From the NCBI GenBank assembly GCA_951406725.2, contig OX597834.1, positions 32,612,001 through 32,676,000 on the forward strand: a DNA stretch of 64,000 nt, in the 5' to 3' direction. The notes beneath the pieces were generated by a model that had not been told where the DNA came from, did not search any database, and saw only the letters and a program-made list of their open reading frames with translations. This document shows, one piece after another, positions 25,180 through 38,913 of this stretch. The first letter of the stretch is position 1, and each line of letters opens with the position of its first letter. Position numbers and translations under genes: made by a program. The stretch comes from Octopus vulgaris. Lineage: Eukaryota.

Positions 25180-25520
25180 GCAGCAAGCTGGTGGAATCGT
25201 TAGCACACTGGACAAGATACTTAGCAGTATTTCATCTGTCTTTACGTTCTGAGTTCAAATTCCACCACAGTCAACTTTCATCATTTTGGGGTCTATAAAT
25301 TAAGTACCAGTTGCGTATTGGGGTCGATCTAATCGACTGGCCCGCGCTCCCCCAAAATTTAGGGCCTTGTGCCTAGAGTAGAAAAGAATCATTAGTAGTA
25401 TTTTGCCTGTCGCTATGTTCCGAGTTCAAATCCTGCCAAGGTCGACTTTACCTTTCAACCTTTTGGGGGGGTCTATAAATTAAGTACCAGTCATGTACTG
25501 GGGTCGATGTAATTTCAGGC
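25180..25520 (+). mobile_element. SINE family B tandem pair
   Basis: A full copy followed by a head-less second unit (tagtattttgcctgtcgctatgttccgagttcaaatcc). Confidence 0.8.
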
Positions 25521-27481
25521 CCTTGTGCTATCAATAGACAGCACAAGGCCTGACATTTTGGAGTAAAAGGGAAGTGTTGATTGGAATGACACCCAGGTGC
25601 CACCCTAGCACTTGAGTGGTACTATACTTTAATGACCCCCACCACCACCCCCACCACCAAAAAACAAAAAAGGTGAAGGCGCATGGCTTGGTGGTTACGG
25701 TATAGCACTCATGACTGCAAGATTAATTTCTCAATTCCTGGAGTGGATGGTGCACCATCATGTTCTTGAGCAAAACACTTCACACTGCATTGCTGCAGGG
25801 CTTTCAGGCATTGAAGAGTAGACCTTGTCGCAGACTGGCATCTTATTCAGTGGTGGTGCAGGAGGGGGATGTTGTGATCTTGGTCACTTATGCCTTAATG
25901 GAAGCTGGGTAATCAGCCCCAGAAGCATAGGACTCCAGACAGTAATGGGCAGTAGCTGGTGATGATGGTGATGATGATGATGATGATGATGATGTTGACG
26001 GTGATGATGCTGATGAAAGGATGAAGGTAAGGTTGATCACAGCAAGATCTGAACTCAGGAAAATTAAGAGCGCTGAGGAAATATATATCAAGGCTCTAAT
26101 GATTTTCCCAACCCGCTGCCCTGAATCGTTACCCTTTTAATAACATTAGCACAACAACAATAAACATTTTGGCAGAGGGGGGTGGGATTAGTTGACTTAA
26201 GATATTCCCAGCACTTGATTGCTTCTTATTTTTCTTTACTCCACCCCAAAGAAGGATGAAAGGCCATGTTGAATCCAGAGGGATTTCAACATAAAAAAAC
26301 CTAATAAAATATAACAAGACACCTAGGGCCCATTCTATCACAATTAATAAGGTATACAGTGCAATATTCATCATCATCATCATCATCATCAATTAATATC
26401 TGTTTTCCATCGAGTATGGTTGATGCCAGTGTCGCCTGACTGGCACCCATGCTGGTGGCACGTAAAAAGCACCGTTTGAGCGTGGCTGGTGCCAGTGCCA
26501 CCTGACTGGCTCCCATGCCAGTGGCACATAAAAAGCACCCACTACACTTTCAGAGTGGTTGGTGCTAGGAAGGACATCCAGATGATGAAACCTTGCCAAA
26601 TCAGATTGGAGCCTGGTGCAGCCTTCTGGCTTGCCAGTTCTCAGTCAAACCATCCAACCCATGTCAGCATGGAAAGCGGATGTTAAACAATGATGTTAAA
26701 CTTTTCCTTACACAAAGGGCAAAGAAAATATATTTAGAGTACAAAGCTGGGGTATGCATGGTAATGCAAAAACAATAGAAAAAGATAGAGAAAGTATTAA
26801 CACTAAACACATGCACACCCTATTCCCACACACACACTTACAAACATGCACATTACCTACGTACATACATACACACATGCAGCGTGGCCTCCGTAACGGA
26901 CTAAGTCAAAAGTCATTGAAAAGGTTGCAAGTGACAACAATAGAGTTTTGGAAACCGAAAACAAAAATAACAAATTAAACGAGCAATCAATTTGTTAGTT
27001 GGATATTTAACCGACTGACCAATAAATAAAGGAGTGGAATTGAACCAGTGTGTGTGTGTGTGTTAATATTATTGGCACAATGACCCTCCCAAGACGCAAC
27101 AAAATATATGTAGAAATGTTAACTATTAAATGCAGACATAAACATCACATGTATAAGCATTAACATATCAACACATAGACAAACACGTACATACGCACAC
27201 ATAATTTATGTATGTGTACAAACATGCCAACACATGCACACACATTACTATCACTACATATATATATATACACGCACACATGCAGACATACACACACACA
27301 TAGAGGCTGGTGTACACACACGCATACACACAGGCACGTCACATATGTATAAACAGAAGAATGAACACACACATAAGCACACACACCCATGTCCCATATA
27401 ATATGGAGGCATAAACACGCACGCACACACACACATAAATATGTACACAAGCGTACCCATCAATAAACAGGGAACTATAGA

Positions 27482-27513
<32 letters not shown>

Positions 27514-27667
27514 TCCCCTATATATAAACATGGAGGCAAAATAAACATGCACACACGCATGCACACACAAATACACACTCATGCACACATGCACACACAC
27601 ACACACACAAACACATACACACACACACACTCACACACACACAAACACACTCACACACTCACACACA

Positions 27668-27715
<48 letters not shown>

Positions 27716-27728
27716 CACGCACACAAAC

Positions 27729-27787
<59 letters not shown>

Positions 27788-28689
27788 TCCTCTTGATGCC
27801 AAATCCAAAAATTGAACTTAAAACTCCAGACGAGATTTTTATCTTGAAATATTTCTTTTAATAACAACAAAATTAAAAAAAAAAATAAACCACAAAAACA
27901 CCCTGCCACACACACATTTTGGTTGCTGTCATCTTTACCCTCTTCATTATCATCATCATCCTCATCATGTGTAGCATCCTCCCCCTCCTCTTCATCATCA
28001 TCATCATCCTTGCAATTAATAACAGCACCGTCATCACCCACCCCTACCAACACAAAATCCACCCTCATCAGCATCACCCCTGCCACAACTATTATCACCG
28101 CCACCACCATCAGCATCACCACCACTACCATCAGCATCATCTTAACCACTACCACCACCACCGCTACCATCACCATCACCACCACTACCACTACCACCAC
28201 CACCCGCTACCATCACCATCACCACCACCACCGCTACCACCACCACCACCACCACCACTACCACCACCACCACCACCACCACCACCACCACCACTACCAT
28301 CACCACCACCACCACCACCACTACCATCACCACCACCACCACCACCACCATCACCACCACCACCACCACCACCACCAGAATCACTCCACTATCATCATCA
28401 TCATCATTAACATCACCAACATCAGCATCATCACCACCACCACCACCCCCACCACAATCTGCAATTACCCCCACAACTACCCAAAAAGCAGTTTTAGAGA
28501 CGCAAAACTCTCAGAAACATACTTGGGTAGGGTTTGGGTGGCTCGATGGTAAAGGTAAGGGGAGGAGGATAGAATACTGTTTACTCTGGACAAAACAGAT
28601 GTTAGTGATGCAGGGTGGCGGTAGTGTCGGTCGGTGGGACAGTGATGGTGGTCTCTGAGGGGATGGCGGTGGTGGTGGTGGTGGTGGTG

Positions 28690-29320
28690 TTAATATTGGT
28701 TTTGAATTTTGGCACAATGGCACAAGGCCAATAATTTCAGCAAATGGGGGAGAGATTCAGTTACATCAACCCCCAAAACTTTGCAGATACTTATTTTGTC
28801 GACCCCGGGAGGAGGAAATACAAAGTCGGCTTTGGCAGAATTTGAACCCAGAACGTAGAGACGGACGAAATGCCGCAAAGCATTTTTTTGCCCAGCGTGC
28901 TACTAAAGATTCTTATTTCTTTATTGCCCACAAGGGGCTAAACATAGAGGGGACAAACAAGGACAGACAAATGGATTGAGTTGATTACATCGACCCCAGT
29001 GTGTAACTGGTACTTAATTTATCGACCCCGAAAGGATGAAAGGCAAAGTCGACCTCGGCGGAATTTGAACTCAAAACATAAAGACAGACGAAATACCTAT
29101 TTCTTTACTATCCACAAGGGGCTAAACATAGAGGGGACAAACAAGGACAGACAAATGGATTGAGTCGATTACATTGACCCCAGTGTGTAACTGGTACTTA
29201 ATTTATCGACCCCAAAAGGATGAAAGGCAAAGTCGACCTCGGTGGAATTTGAACTCAGAACGTAGCGGCAGACGAAATACCGCAAAGCATCTTGCCCGGC
29301 ATGCTAACGTTTCTGCCAGG
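28690..29320 (-). mobile_element. SINE family B concatemer including a ~183-bp tandem duplication
   Basis: tatttcttta...ggggctaaacatagaggggacaaacaaggacagacaaatggattgagt occurs at ~28915 and ~29098. Confidence 0.88.
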
Positions 29321-30241
29321 TTGCCATCTTGGCAGTGGTTCTAACATCGGGGAATGTTTAAGGTGGTGGTGATCTGGTAGTATTGTTAGCGTGTTGGACA
29401 AAAATGCCTTAACGACATTTTTCCAGTCTCTGCGTTCTGAGTTCAAATCCCGGCACAGTCAACTTTACCTTTCATCTCTTCGAGGTCAATGAAATAAGCA
29501 GTACCAGTGGGACACTGGGGACTGGGGTCAATGCAATTGCCTGACTCATCCCCCAACTCAAAACTGCTGGCCATGTACTGAAATATGAAAGAGGTATTGG
29601 TGAGTGTTGGCTGTAGTGGCAGTGTTAGTGGTGGTTGTAGCAGTGGCGGTGGTGGTAGTGTTAGTGGTGGTGGTGGTGGTGTTAGTGGTGGTTATAGCAG
29701 TGGTGGTGGTGGTAGTGTTAGTGGTGGTTGTAGCAGTGGTGGTAGTGGTGGTGGTGTTAGTGGTGACTGTGGTCTGTTGTGGAGGTCTTGCATTCAATTG
29801 TATTGATGTTGGTGAGTATAGGCTGTAGTGGAGGTGGTAGTGTTGATGTTAACGTCAGTGGTAGTAGTAGTGTGTGCTGTAGTAGTGGTAGTAGTATGTG
29901 TTGTAGTGGTGGTAGTAGTACTGGTGTTAGTGGTGCTGGAGATAGTTGAAGTGGTTGATGTCCGAGCAGTGTTGGTGTTGCAGTTGTTGAAAGCAGTGCT
30001 GGTGGTAGTAGCAATGGTAGCGAGGAGGATGTTGACAGTGGTGTGTGCGTAGTGTTGGTGGTGGCGGGGATAAAAGGCAGATTCTGGGTCTGCGGAATTG
30101 GAAGTGGTGAGGAATGTGTGGGGGGGGGGGGGGGAGGGGATGCAGTACTTTTGATTAATAATTAATGCTGCTCCCTTCCTTATTGCTGCTGCTACTACCA
30201 CTACTACCACTACTACTACTACCACTACTACTACTACTAGG

Positions 30242-30275
<34 letters not shown>

Positions 30276-30277
30276 GG

Positions 30278-30309
<32 letters not shown>

Positions 30310-30434
30310 CAGGACTACTACTACCACCATCACTACTGCAATAACTACTACCACAGTAGCTATTACTAACACCACAACTCTCAAAACATACATCACTACC
30401 ACCACCACCACCATTATAATGAAAAGTATGTACA

Positions 30435-30496
<62 letters not shown>

Positions 30497-31118
30497 TGTG
30501 TGTGTGTAAGGAGCGGGGTGTACGCTGGCAGTTTTAAATGATAAAATCTCTGGGTGTTTTCCTACAGGAAGAGGTGTTTGGGGTGGGGAAGTGAAAGAGA
30601 GAATGTGGAGGGGGGATGAGACAGAGAGAAGCAACGGGTGGTAGTGAGAGAGAGAGAGAGAGAGAGAGAGAATAGAGTGTGACAGAGAGAGTAAAAAAGG
30701 GGAGGAGAGCGAGAGAGTGCACATGTGTATATGCGTGCTTGCTGTGAATTTAATTATACATACATGCATACACACACACACATATATACACATATATACA
30801 CACACACATACAGGGATTAATTTCAAATATGAGCCAAGTTGTTTTGGCTGATTTTGATTCCGTCTTGGAGATTTCCTGATAAATTTGGACAGCAACCAAA
30901 TAGGTTGCATTATTCAGGGTAGCAGGTGTACCTGGGTAAGAGCGACTTCCCACATGGAGGTGTAATGGCAGTAGGATGGTAGCTAGGCTAATGTAGAGGA
31001 GGTAGGTGATGGTGGTGGTGGTGGTGGTAGTGGTATGGATGTGTGATGGTAGTGGAAAGTAAAATGCAATGGTACTTGCTTAACCCCTGGATCAAACCTG
31101 GGCCAGCTCACCTCAACT

Positions 31119-31798
31119 GGTACTCCGTCGTTTATGGCAACAAGCGTACCAGTTGATCCGGTCGATGGAACAGCCTGCTCGTAAAATTAACATGCAAGTG
31201 GTTGAGCGCTCCACAGACACATGTACCCTCAATATAGTTGTCAGGGAGATTCAGCATGACACAGAATATAACCAGGCAGGCCCTTCTGTAATTACAGGTA
31301 CCACTCATTTTTGCCAGTTGAGTGGACTGGAGCAATGTGAAGTAAAGTGTCTTGCTTGTAAAATTAACATGCAAGTGGCTGAGTGCTCCACAGACACATG
31401 TACCCTCAATATAGTTGTTAGGGAGATTCAGCATGACACAGAATATGACAAGGCAGGCTCTTGTGAATTACAGGTATCACTCATTTTTGCCAGTTGAGTG
31501 GACTGGAGCAATGTGAAGTAAAGTGTCTTGCTTGTAAAATTAACATGCAAGTAGCTGAGTGCTCCACAGACACATGTACCCTCAATATAGTTGTCAGGGA
31601 GATTCAGCATGACACAGAATATGACAAGGTAGGCCCTTTTGTAATTACAGGTACAACTAATTTTTGCCAGCTGAGTGAGACTGGAGCAATGTGAAGTAAA
31701 ATGTCTTGCTCAAGGATACAATATGTCACTGGGAATTGAACTCAGGACCTTATGATTGAGAGCCGAATACCTCTAAGCACTGAGCCAAGTGCCTTCAC
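31119..31798 (-). mobile_element. SINE family D with an internal ~177-bp triplication
   Basis: gtaaaattaacatgcaagt starts at 31181, 31358 and 31534. Confidence 0.9.
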
Positions 31799-31967
31799 AC
31801 CTATGACAAAACAAAGAGTGGAGAGAGAAGAACACATCAAGACTGTTGCACCACATCCTTTACAGTTAACCGCTGTGGATTACAATAGGGAGTTCAGTGC
31901 GCAGTGATTCAGAAGTGTATCTGCAAGAACAGATTCGGTTGTGCAGCTCACAAGTCTGCCTTGTAAA

Positions 31968-32402
31968 GCAGTGGTTCCCAAAGTGGGTGGGGATTGCCCT
32001 CCACCTGAGGGCGTTGGGAAGTTCCAAGGGGGCATTGAAGAAAAACGAGATGATAATGAGGTAGCGATTCATGTAAAAAGCAGGGCCATAATGGGATGGT
32101 GATTCATGTAAAAATTGGGGCCATATGGGGTTGCGATTCATGTAAAAATTGGGGCCATATGGGGTTGCGATTCATGTAAAAATTGGGGCCATATGGGGTT
32201 GCGATTCATGTAAAAATTGGTGCCATATGGGGTAACAATTCATGTAAAAATTGGGGCAATAATGGGGGTAAGCATTCATGTAAAACAACAAAATAATGGG
32301 TTCATTAGGTCAAGTTTTGTTTGTGAAAAACAGTTGCTTTGAATTTGCTTGAGAAAAAGGTCAATGTCTGTGATGGTCAGTTGGATTGGGAGCACTAGGA
32401 AT
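31968..32402 (+). mobile_element. hAT-like non-autonomous element (left end) containing a 34-bp tandem array
   Basis: Starts cagtggttcccaaagtggg (hAT/Charlie-like terminus); gcgattcatgtaaaaattggggccatatggggtt occurs ~7 times at 32064-32285; no matching right TIR seen. Confidence 0.55.
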
Positions 32403-32526
32403 GTGGTGTGACGAGCTGGCAGAATCATTAGCACACCAGGTGAAATGCTTAGCAGTATTTTGTCCATCTTTATGTTCTGGGTTCAAATTCCACCAAGATT
32501 GACTTTGTCTTTCATCGTTTTGGGGT

Positions 32527-32918
32527 TACTCTTTTACTTGTTTCAGTCATTTGACTGCGGCCATGCTGGAGCACCGCCTTTAGTCGAGCAATTCGACCCC
32601 GGGACTTATTCTTTGTAAGCCCAGTACTTATTGCATTGGTCTCTTTTGCCAAACCGCTAAGTAACGGGGACGTAAACACACCAGTATCGGTTGTCAAGCA
32701 ATGCTAGGGGACAAACACAGACACACAAACACACACACCCATATATATATATACATATATACGATGGGCTTCTTTCAGTTTCTGTCTACCAAATCCACTC
32801 ACAAGGCATTGGTCGGCCCGGGGCTATAGCAGAAGACACTTGCCCAAGATGCCACACAGTGGGACTGAACCCGGAACCATGTGGTTGGTTAGCAAGCTAC
32901 TTACCACACAGCCACTCC
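32527..32918 (-). mobile_element. Young SINE family A nested inside a family B SINE (32405-33005)
   Basis: The family B core ttcatcgttttggggt is interrupted and resumes as taagtaccagctgaatactgggg after the A copy. Confidence 0.88.
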
Positions 32919-33437
32919 TAAGTACCAGCTGAATACTGGGGTCGTGGTAATCGACTAGTCCCCTCCCCACAAAATTTCAGGCCTTGTGCCCTTAGTAGAA
33001 AGGGTTATTTTACACAATTTCGTAGCTTTGAAATTTCAAAGTTGTGATTGTTTATTTTTAAAATGACATTGTAGGGAATGTGTAAGAGGACGGAGGAATA
33101 TTTAGGCCAGACAAGGCAGCTTTAAATGCTTTCCTAAGGAGCTGTGCAGTGGGACTGAACTGATAACCCCATGGTTGGAAGGCAAACCTCTTAACCACAT
33201 GGCTATGTCAGTGCTTAACCTATAAACTGTTCATGCTGTGTCTGTTTGTCTTTCATATCTTTAGAGATCAATAATTAGCAATTAGATAAAACGGGTCCCA
33301 CACTGACACACATATCTGTTAGGATGGAGTAAAGACTTGGGGGGTGGGGGAGGTTCTCAGCATGGGGGTCGTCCAGTGATTGACAACAGGGAGAGGATAA
33401 AATGACACGGAGAACATGAACAAACAGAAGCACGTGT

Positions 33438-33468
<31 letters not shown>

Positions 33469-33540
33469 TGTAATAAGGCATAAACCAACACACACGCATA
33501 AGGGTATAATTACACGTGCACACACACACGTATATACACT

Positions 33541-33581
<41 letters not shown>

Positions 33582-35180
33582 CAGTATCCTGGAAAGAGGA
33601 TGTAAAACAAAAGATGTGAAAACAGAGAAGAGGAAGGATAAGGGGAGGAGGAAGAGGAGGAGGAAGAAGAGGAGGAGGAAGAAGAGGAGGAGGAGGGGAA
33701 GGCTAAAGGGCAGAGAGGAAGTCAGTGATGTTGTTGGTGGTGGTAGGCAAGATTGGATTAAACTGATGTTCAGTGACTTGGAACTGACATTGGATATGGA
33801 CAGCGATCTTCAGAGGTGGTGGGGGTAGGGTGGACGGGTGGGAGGTGGGGGTGGTACACACTGCTTGCGCCACCACCATGCTGCATACGGAACCACTACC
33901 AACATATCCCTACCAGTAACACCAGGCTATCGTTTCAACCATTACCACTGCCACCACCACCACCACCACCACCACCACCACCGCCACCACCACCATAATC
34001 AAACTCACCACCACCACCACCATAATCAAACTCACCACCACCACCACCGCCACCACCATAATCAAACTCACCACCACCACCACCACAGCCACCACCACTG
34101 CCACTACCACCACTGCTGCCGCCATCACCACCACTGTTGCAACTGTGTCTTTCGTAATTACCACCATCATAATTAATTAAGCATGTGTGTCCCTGTACAT
34201 CTTTTCTTTTTCCTTTTTTTGGTGATGTAGTGGTGGGGGGTCTGGGTGGAAAGTCCAGTGGGGTTATGGCCTTCACAGGTTCTCTGGGACAAATGATATC
34301 CACAGAGCTGATGTTGCTGAACAGCAACTGCAGGGTGTACTACTACTACTACTACTACAACTACTACTACTACTACTACTACTACACACACACACACACA
34401 CACAGAGACATGAGCAACAAGGTAGGAAATTCTAGAGGGGTTGCAGCACAGTCTGGGGAAGAACGATTGGACATAGTGGCCAGTGCAGAGCCCTGGGTTT
34501 GTAGGATGGATAGAGAAGATGCAGGGTAAAGAGAGGAGTTGGGGCCCTTAGCTGTAGTCAGAAATAGAATAGGGGCAGAATGAGGTGACAGCAGAGAGCT
34601 ATTGGTGTGAGATGAGGGCCATTAATCATTGTTAATTATGTTAATCAGATGGTCATTTAGGAGGGCTGATACACACACACACACACACACATACATATCT
34701 CCAAAGGATCAGAGGTCCTTCCCAAGCCATTGACTCATAAGGCCAGTTTCCTGGATTCCATGGCATATATTTCTGTCCCTGGATCGGACACTGGTCCATT
34801 GCAAGATTATTCATTTTGGCCATCTGACCAGACTAGATTAACCTGCAATGAAGTGCTCTGCTCAAGAAAGTAATGCATTGCCCGGTCCAGGAATTGAAAC
34901 CACAATCTTACACTCTTGGATGCAACACTCTAACCACTGAGCTACATCTGTCCACACACACATGTATGTAAGTCCCCCACCACTACTTGATAACTGGTGT
35001 TGGTTTGTTTATGTCCCTGTAACTTAGGTGTTTCAGCAACAACAGACTGACAGAATAAGTATAAGCCTTAAAAATAAGTACTGGGGTCAATCTGTTCAAC
35101 TAAACCCTTCGTGGCAGTGCCCCAGCATGGCCACTATGCAAATGAAGGAAACAAGTAAAAGATACAAAAAAAATGTACAC

Positions 35181-35548
35181 AGGAGTGGCTGTGTGGTAAG
35201 TAGCTTGCTTACCAACCACATGGTTCCGGGTTCAGTCTCACTGTGTGGCACCATGGGCAAGTGTCTTCTACTATAGCCTCAGGCCGACCAAAGCCTTGTG
35301 AGTGGATTTGGTAGACAGAAACTGAAAGAAGCCCTTCATATATGTGTGTGTGGTGTGTGTGTGTGTTTGTACACCCACCATTGCTTGACAACCGATGTTG
35401 GTGTGTTTATGTCCCTGTAACTTAGTGGTTTGGCAAAAGAGACCGATAGAATAAGTGCTAAGCTTACAAAGAATAAGTCCTGGGGTTGTTCGACTAAAAG
35501 GGGTGCTCCAGCATGACAGCAGTCAAATGACTGAAAGAAGTAAAAGAA
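35181..35548 (+). mobile_element. SINE family A, full length
   Basis: aggagtggctgtgtggtaagtagcttgcttaccaaccacatggttccgggttcagtc (tRNA A/B-box-like head) through gactgaaagaagtaaaagaat. Confidence 0.9.
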
Positions 35549-35667
35549 TAAAAAAACAGGGACAGATATTTCTTTCCATTTAAGGTTTTGACTTGGAATT
35601 GCATTGCTTAGAAGTTCACAGGAAGGGGCCAAAATGCTCCTGGGTTTCAAGTGCCTATGAGCTTGAG

Positions 35668-35995
35668 AGTGAAGGTGCATGGCTAATTGGTTAGGGGTAT
35701 TCAGCTCGCAATTGTAAGGTCATAAGTTCTATTCCTGGTGGCACAATGTGTCCTTGAGCAAGACACTTTATTTCACATTGCTCCAGTTTACTCACCTGGG
35801 AAAAAATGAGTTGTACCTTTAATTCAAAAAGGGTCAACCATGTCACTTTCTGTGTCACGCTGACTCCCCCTGAGGACTACGTTATGGGTAAGCATGTCTG
35901 TGGAGTACTCAGCCACTTGCACATTAATTTCATAAGCAGGCTGTTCTGTTGATTGAATCGACCGGAGCCCTCATTTTTGTGACTGATGGAGGGCC
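35668..35995 (+). mobile_element. SINE family D, forward orientation
   Basis: gtgaaggtgcatggctaattggttaggg...gtccttgagcaagacactttatttcacattgctccag. Confidence 0.8.
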
Positions 35996-36639
35996 AATCA
36001 CTTAACCCTTTTTTTTATGTGGTTGAGAGCAATTAGGGACAACCTCCTGGCTCTTGCACAACTTCACTTCATGGAACGTTTATGCGACACCTGTGCACAT
36101 TTGCAGCTGAGTAGACTGAGCAACATAAAAGGAAATGCCTTTATCGTGGATACAATGCCTTGCCCAGGCCAGGAATTGAACCGAAGGTTATGTAATTGTG
36201 AGCCCAACACCTTTACCACTTGGCCACACTCACACACACCTGAATAATTGCACATACACACACCTGTATAATATATATACACACACAGAACTGTATAATT
36301 ATGCATCATACGCATACATATATACATACATACGGTATAATTACTCAAACACACAGATGCCTGTACAATTACATACACACACACACACACACCTGAATAA
36401 TTGCACATACACACACCTGTATAATTACACACACATACACACCTATATGATTATACATACACAGACCCATATAATTACACACACACAATGTGTCTGTATA
36501 ATCAGTCACGTAATCATATTCTTATATGAAGGAAGATAGTGGTGGTAGTAGTAGTGGTGGTGGTGGTAGTGGTGGTGGTGGTGGTGGTAGTAGTAGTAGT
36601 AGTAGCAGTAGCGGTGGTGGTGGTGACAGCAGTTGTATT

Positions 36640-36678
<39 letters not shown>

Positions 36679-36942
36679 CCACACAAAGGGTGTTTCCTGG
36701 TTGTTTGCTACTTTCGTTATGCATATTGTTGTTCTTGTTCTTGTGTGTTGTTTGTTGTTATTGTTGTTGTAGTCAAGCAGAGATCATACGGAGCAAACAC
36801 GAGAGTCATTTCCGAGGTTTCAAATCAACTACACCCACACACATCGGCAACAAGGCCTTTGGCTTTAAGAACCAATCAATACTGACCTCCATAATAGAGT
36901 TTTAACAACAACAGCAACCTAGGGTAACAGCTATACATGCAT

Positions 36943-36980
<38 letters not shown>

Positions 36981-37249
36981 GTAGTTAGTTAGTAAGTTAA
37001 TTTTTTGGGCTCAAAAAGCAAAAAGCAATGCCATGTAGGGGGACATGGAGTTATGTACAGGGTGGTGTTCATGTAAAGAGTTCAGGCCACTTGTGGTCAA
37101 GGGAGACTTTGAACCGAGCGGTTGTCGGCATCTTCACCATCTCGTCCGGCAGCTTATTCCACGGATCCGCAACCCGGACGGAGAAAGCCCCTCTTCTTCG
37201 ATTGAGATGAAATCGTCGCAGATAGAGCTTTTCGGAATGACCCCGCAGC
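36981..37249 (-). mobile_element. CR1/L2-clade LINE 3' end (ORF2 C-terminus, 3'UTR, (TAAC)n-like tail)
   Basis: Minus-strand translation LRGHSEKLYLRRFHLNRRRGAFSVRVADPWNKLPDEMVKMPTTARFKVSLDHKW carries the RGH..KL / F(S/T).RV...WN.LP / FK..LD signature; short tandem tail at 36981-37000. Confidence 0.85.
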
Positions 37250-37439
37250 ATGTATGTATGTATATGTATGTCATCATCATCATCATCATTTAACACCCAT
37301 TTTCCATACAGGTATGGGGCTGCACAGTTCAACAGGGGCTGGCAAGGGACTGCACCAAGCTGTACAGTCTATTTTGGCATGATTTCTCTGGCTGGATGGC
37401 CTCCTTAATGGCATGTGTGTGTACTATATATATTCTCTT

Positions 37440-37851
37440 TTACTCATTTACTTGTTTCAGTCATTTGACTGCGGCCATGCTGGAGCACCGCCTTTAGTCG
37501 AGCAAATCGACCCCGGGACTTATTCTTTGTAAGCCCAGTACTTATTCTATCGGTCTCTTTTTGCCGAACCGCAAAGTGACGGGGACGTAAACACACCAGC
37601 ATCGGTTGTCAAGCAATGCTAGGGGGACAAACACAAACACACAAACATATACACACATATATATATAAATATATATATATACATGTATACGACAGACTTG
37701 TTTCAGTTTCCGTCTACCAAATCCACTCACAAGGCTTTGGTCGGCCTGGGGCTATAGCAGAAGACACTTGCCCAAGATGTTACGCAGTGGGACTGAACCC
37801 AGAACCATGTGGTTGGTAAGCAAGCTACTTACCACACAGCCACTCCTGCGC
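37440..37851 (-). mobile_element. Young SINE family A, full length
   Basis: Near-consensus copy with CpGs retained. Confidence 0.92.
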
Positions 37852-38339
37852 CTATATATATATATATAGGCACTGGCATGGCTCTGTGGTAAGAAGCTTC
37901 ATTCACAACCATGTTGTTCTGGGTTCAGTCCCATTGCGTGTGTGTGTGTGTGTTGGCACACACCACTGGCCACAATGTGATTCCTGTTGCTGTTGTTCTT
38001 TTCAAATGATACAAGTTTGCTGGCAAAGCAGCCAGCACAACACTGCCCCTGATTGGAGCACCATCACAGCATTACCTGTTTACAGCTGAGCAGACTGTGG
38101 CAATGGAAAATGAATTGTTTCATTCGAGAACATGACACATTGTGAGACTAACAATTGAAACCAAGACCTTGTGATTGTAAATGCTACACCATAAACACTA
38201 GGCTATGTGCCTAGTGGTTAGGGTGTTGTATGTATGTGTGCATGTATATATATATATCATAATAATTTGAGAGAATATAAATCGAAACTTACAGGGAAAA
38301 AAAAATTCAATTTAGAAATACTAAATCAAATTTCACACA

Positions 38340-38379
<40 letters not shown>

Positions 38380-38385
38380 ATAAAC

Positions 38386-38444
38386 TACCTTTTATCAATT
38401 CAAAATGAACAATTAAATTGTTCATTTTAAATTGATAAAAGGTA
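38386..38444. repeat. Near-perfect palindrome (29-bp arms, 1-nt spacer, 1 mismatch) between TA tracts
   Basis: taccttttatcaattcaaaatgaacaatt-a-aattgttcattttaaattgataaaaggta. Confidence 0.9.
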
Positions 38445-38913
38445 ATTTTTTTCTAATTTCATATATATATATACATATATACACACACAAGTATATACAT
38501 ATATATATATACATACATACATATATGTATACAGATATATATATATATATACTAATACAATTGTTTGTTTGTTTTCCACCTGCCTTCGTCTTTTGTCTAT
38601 TTTCATAAAGCTTCCCGTTATATATATATATATATATAGATATATATACATACATACACAATACATATATACATACACATATATATATACACACATATAC
38701 ATACATATATATATACACATATACATATATATACATATATATATACATACATATATATACATATATATATACACACATATATATACACACACACACATAT
38801 ATGTACACACATATAAATACATATATATATAAATACATACATACATATATACATGCACAAATAAATAGATAAATACAAATATATTTGCATACATAAATTG
38901 ATATATATATATA

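Noticed and set aside
27919-28552. His/Pro/Thr-rich ORFs resembling histidine-rich or extensin-like proteins (also 911-1441, 33838-34176)
   Set aside because: (CAC)n/(CAT)n tracts open in several frames on both strands; no splice or domain evidence.
30813-30934. Plus-strand exon ending at ctgg|gtaaga
   Set aside because: Stops in all three frames and no polypyrimidine acceptor.
31132-31694. Repeated ORFs such as MLNLPDNYIEGTCVCGAL
   Set aside because: Translations of the triplicated SINE D interior.
35181-35250. tRNA gene-like A/B boxes
   Set aside because: These are SINE heads continuing into SINE bodies; no complete cloverleaf.
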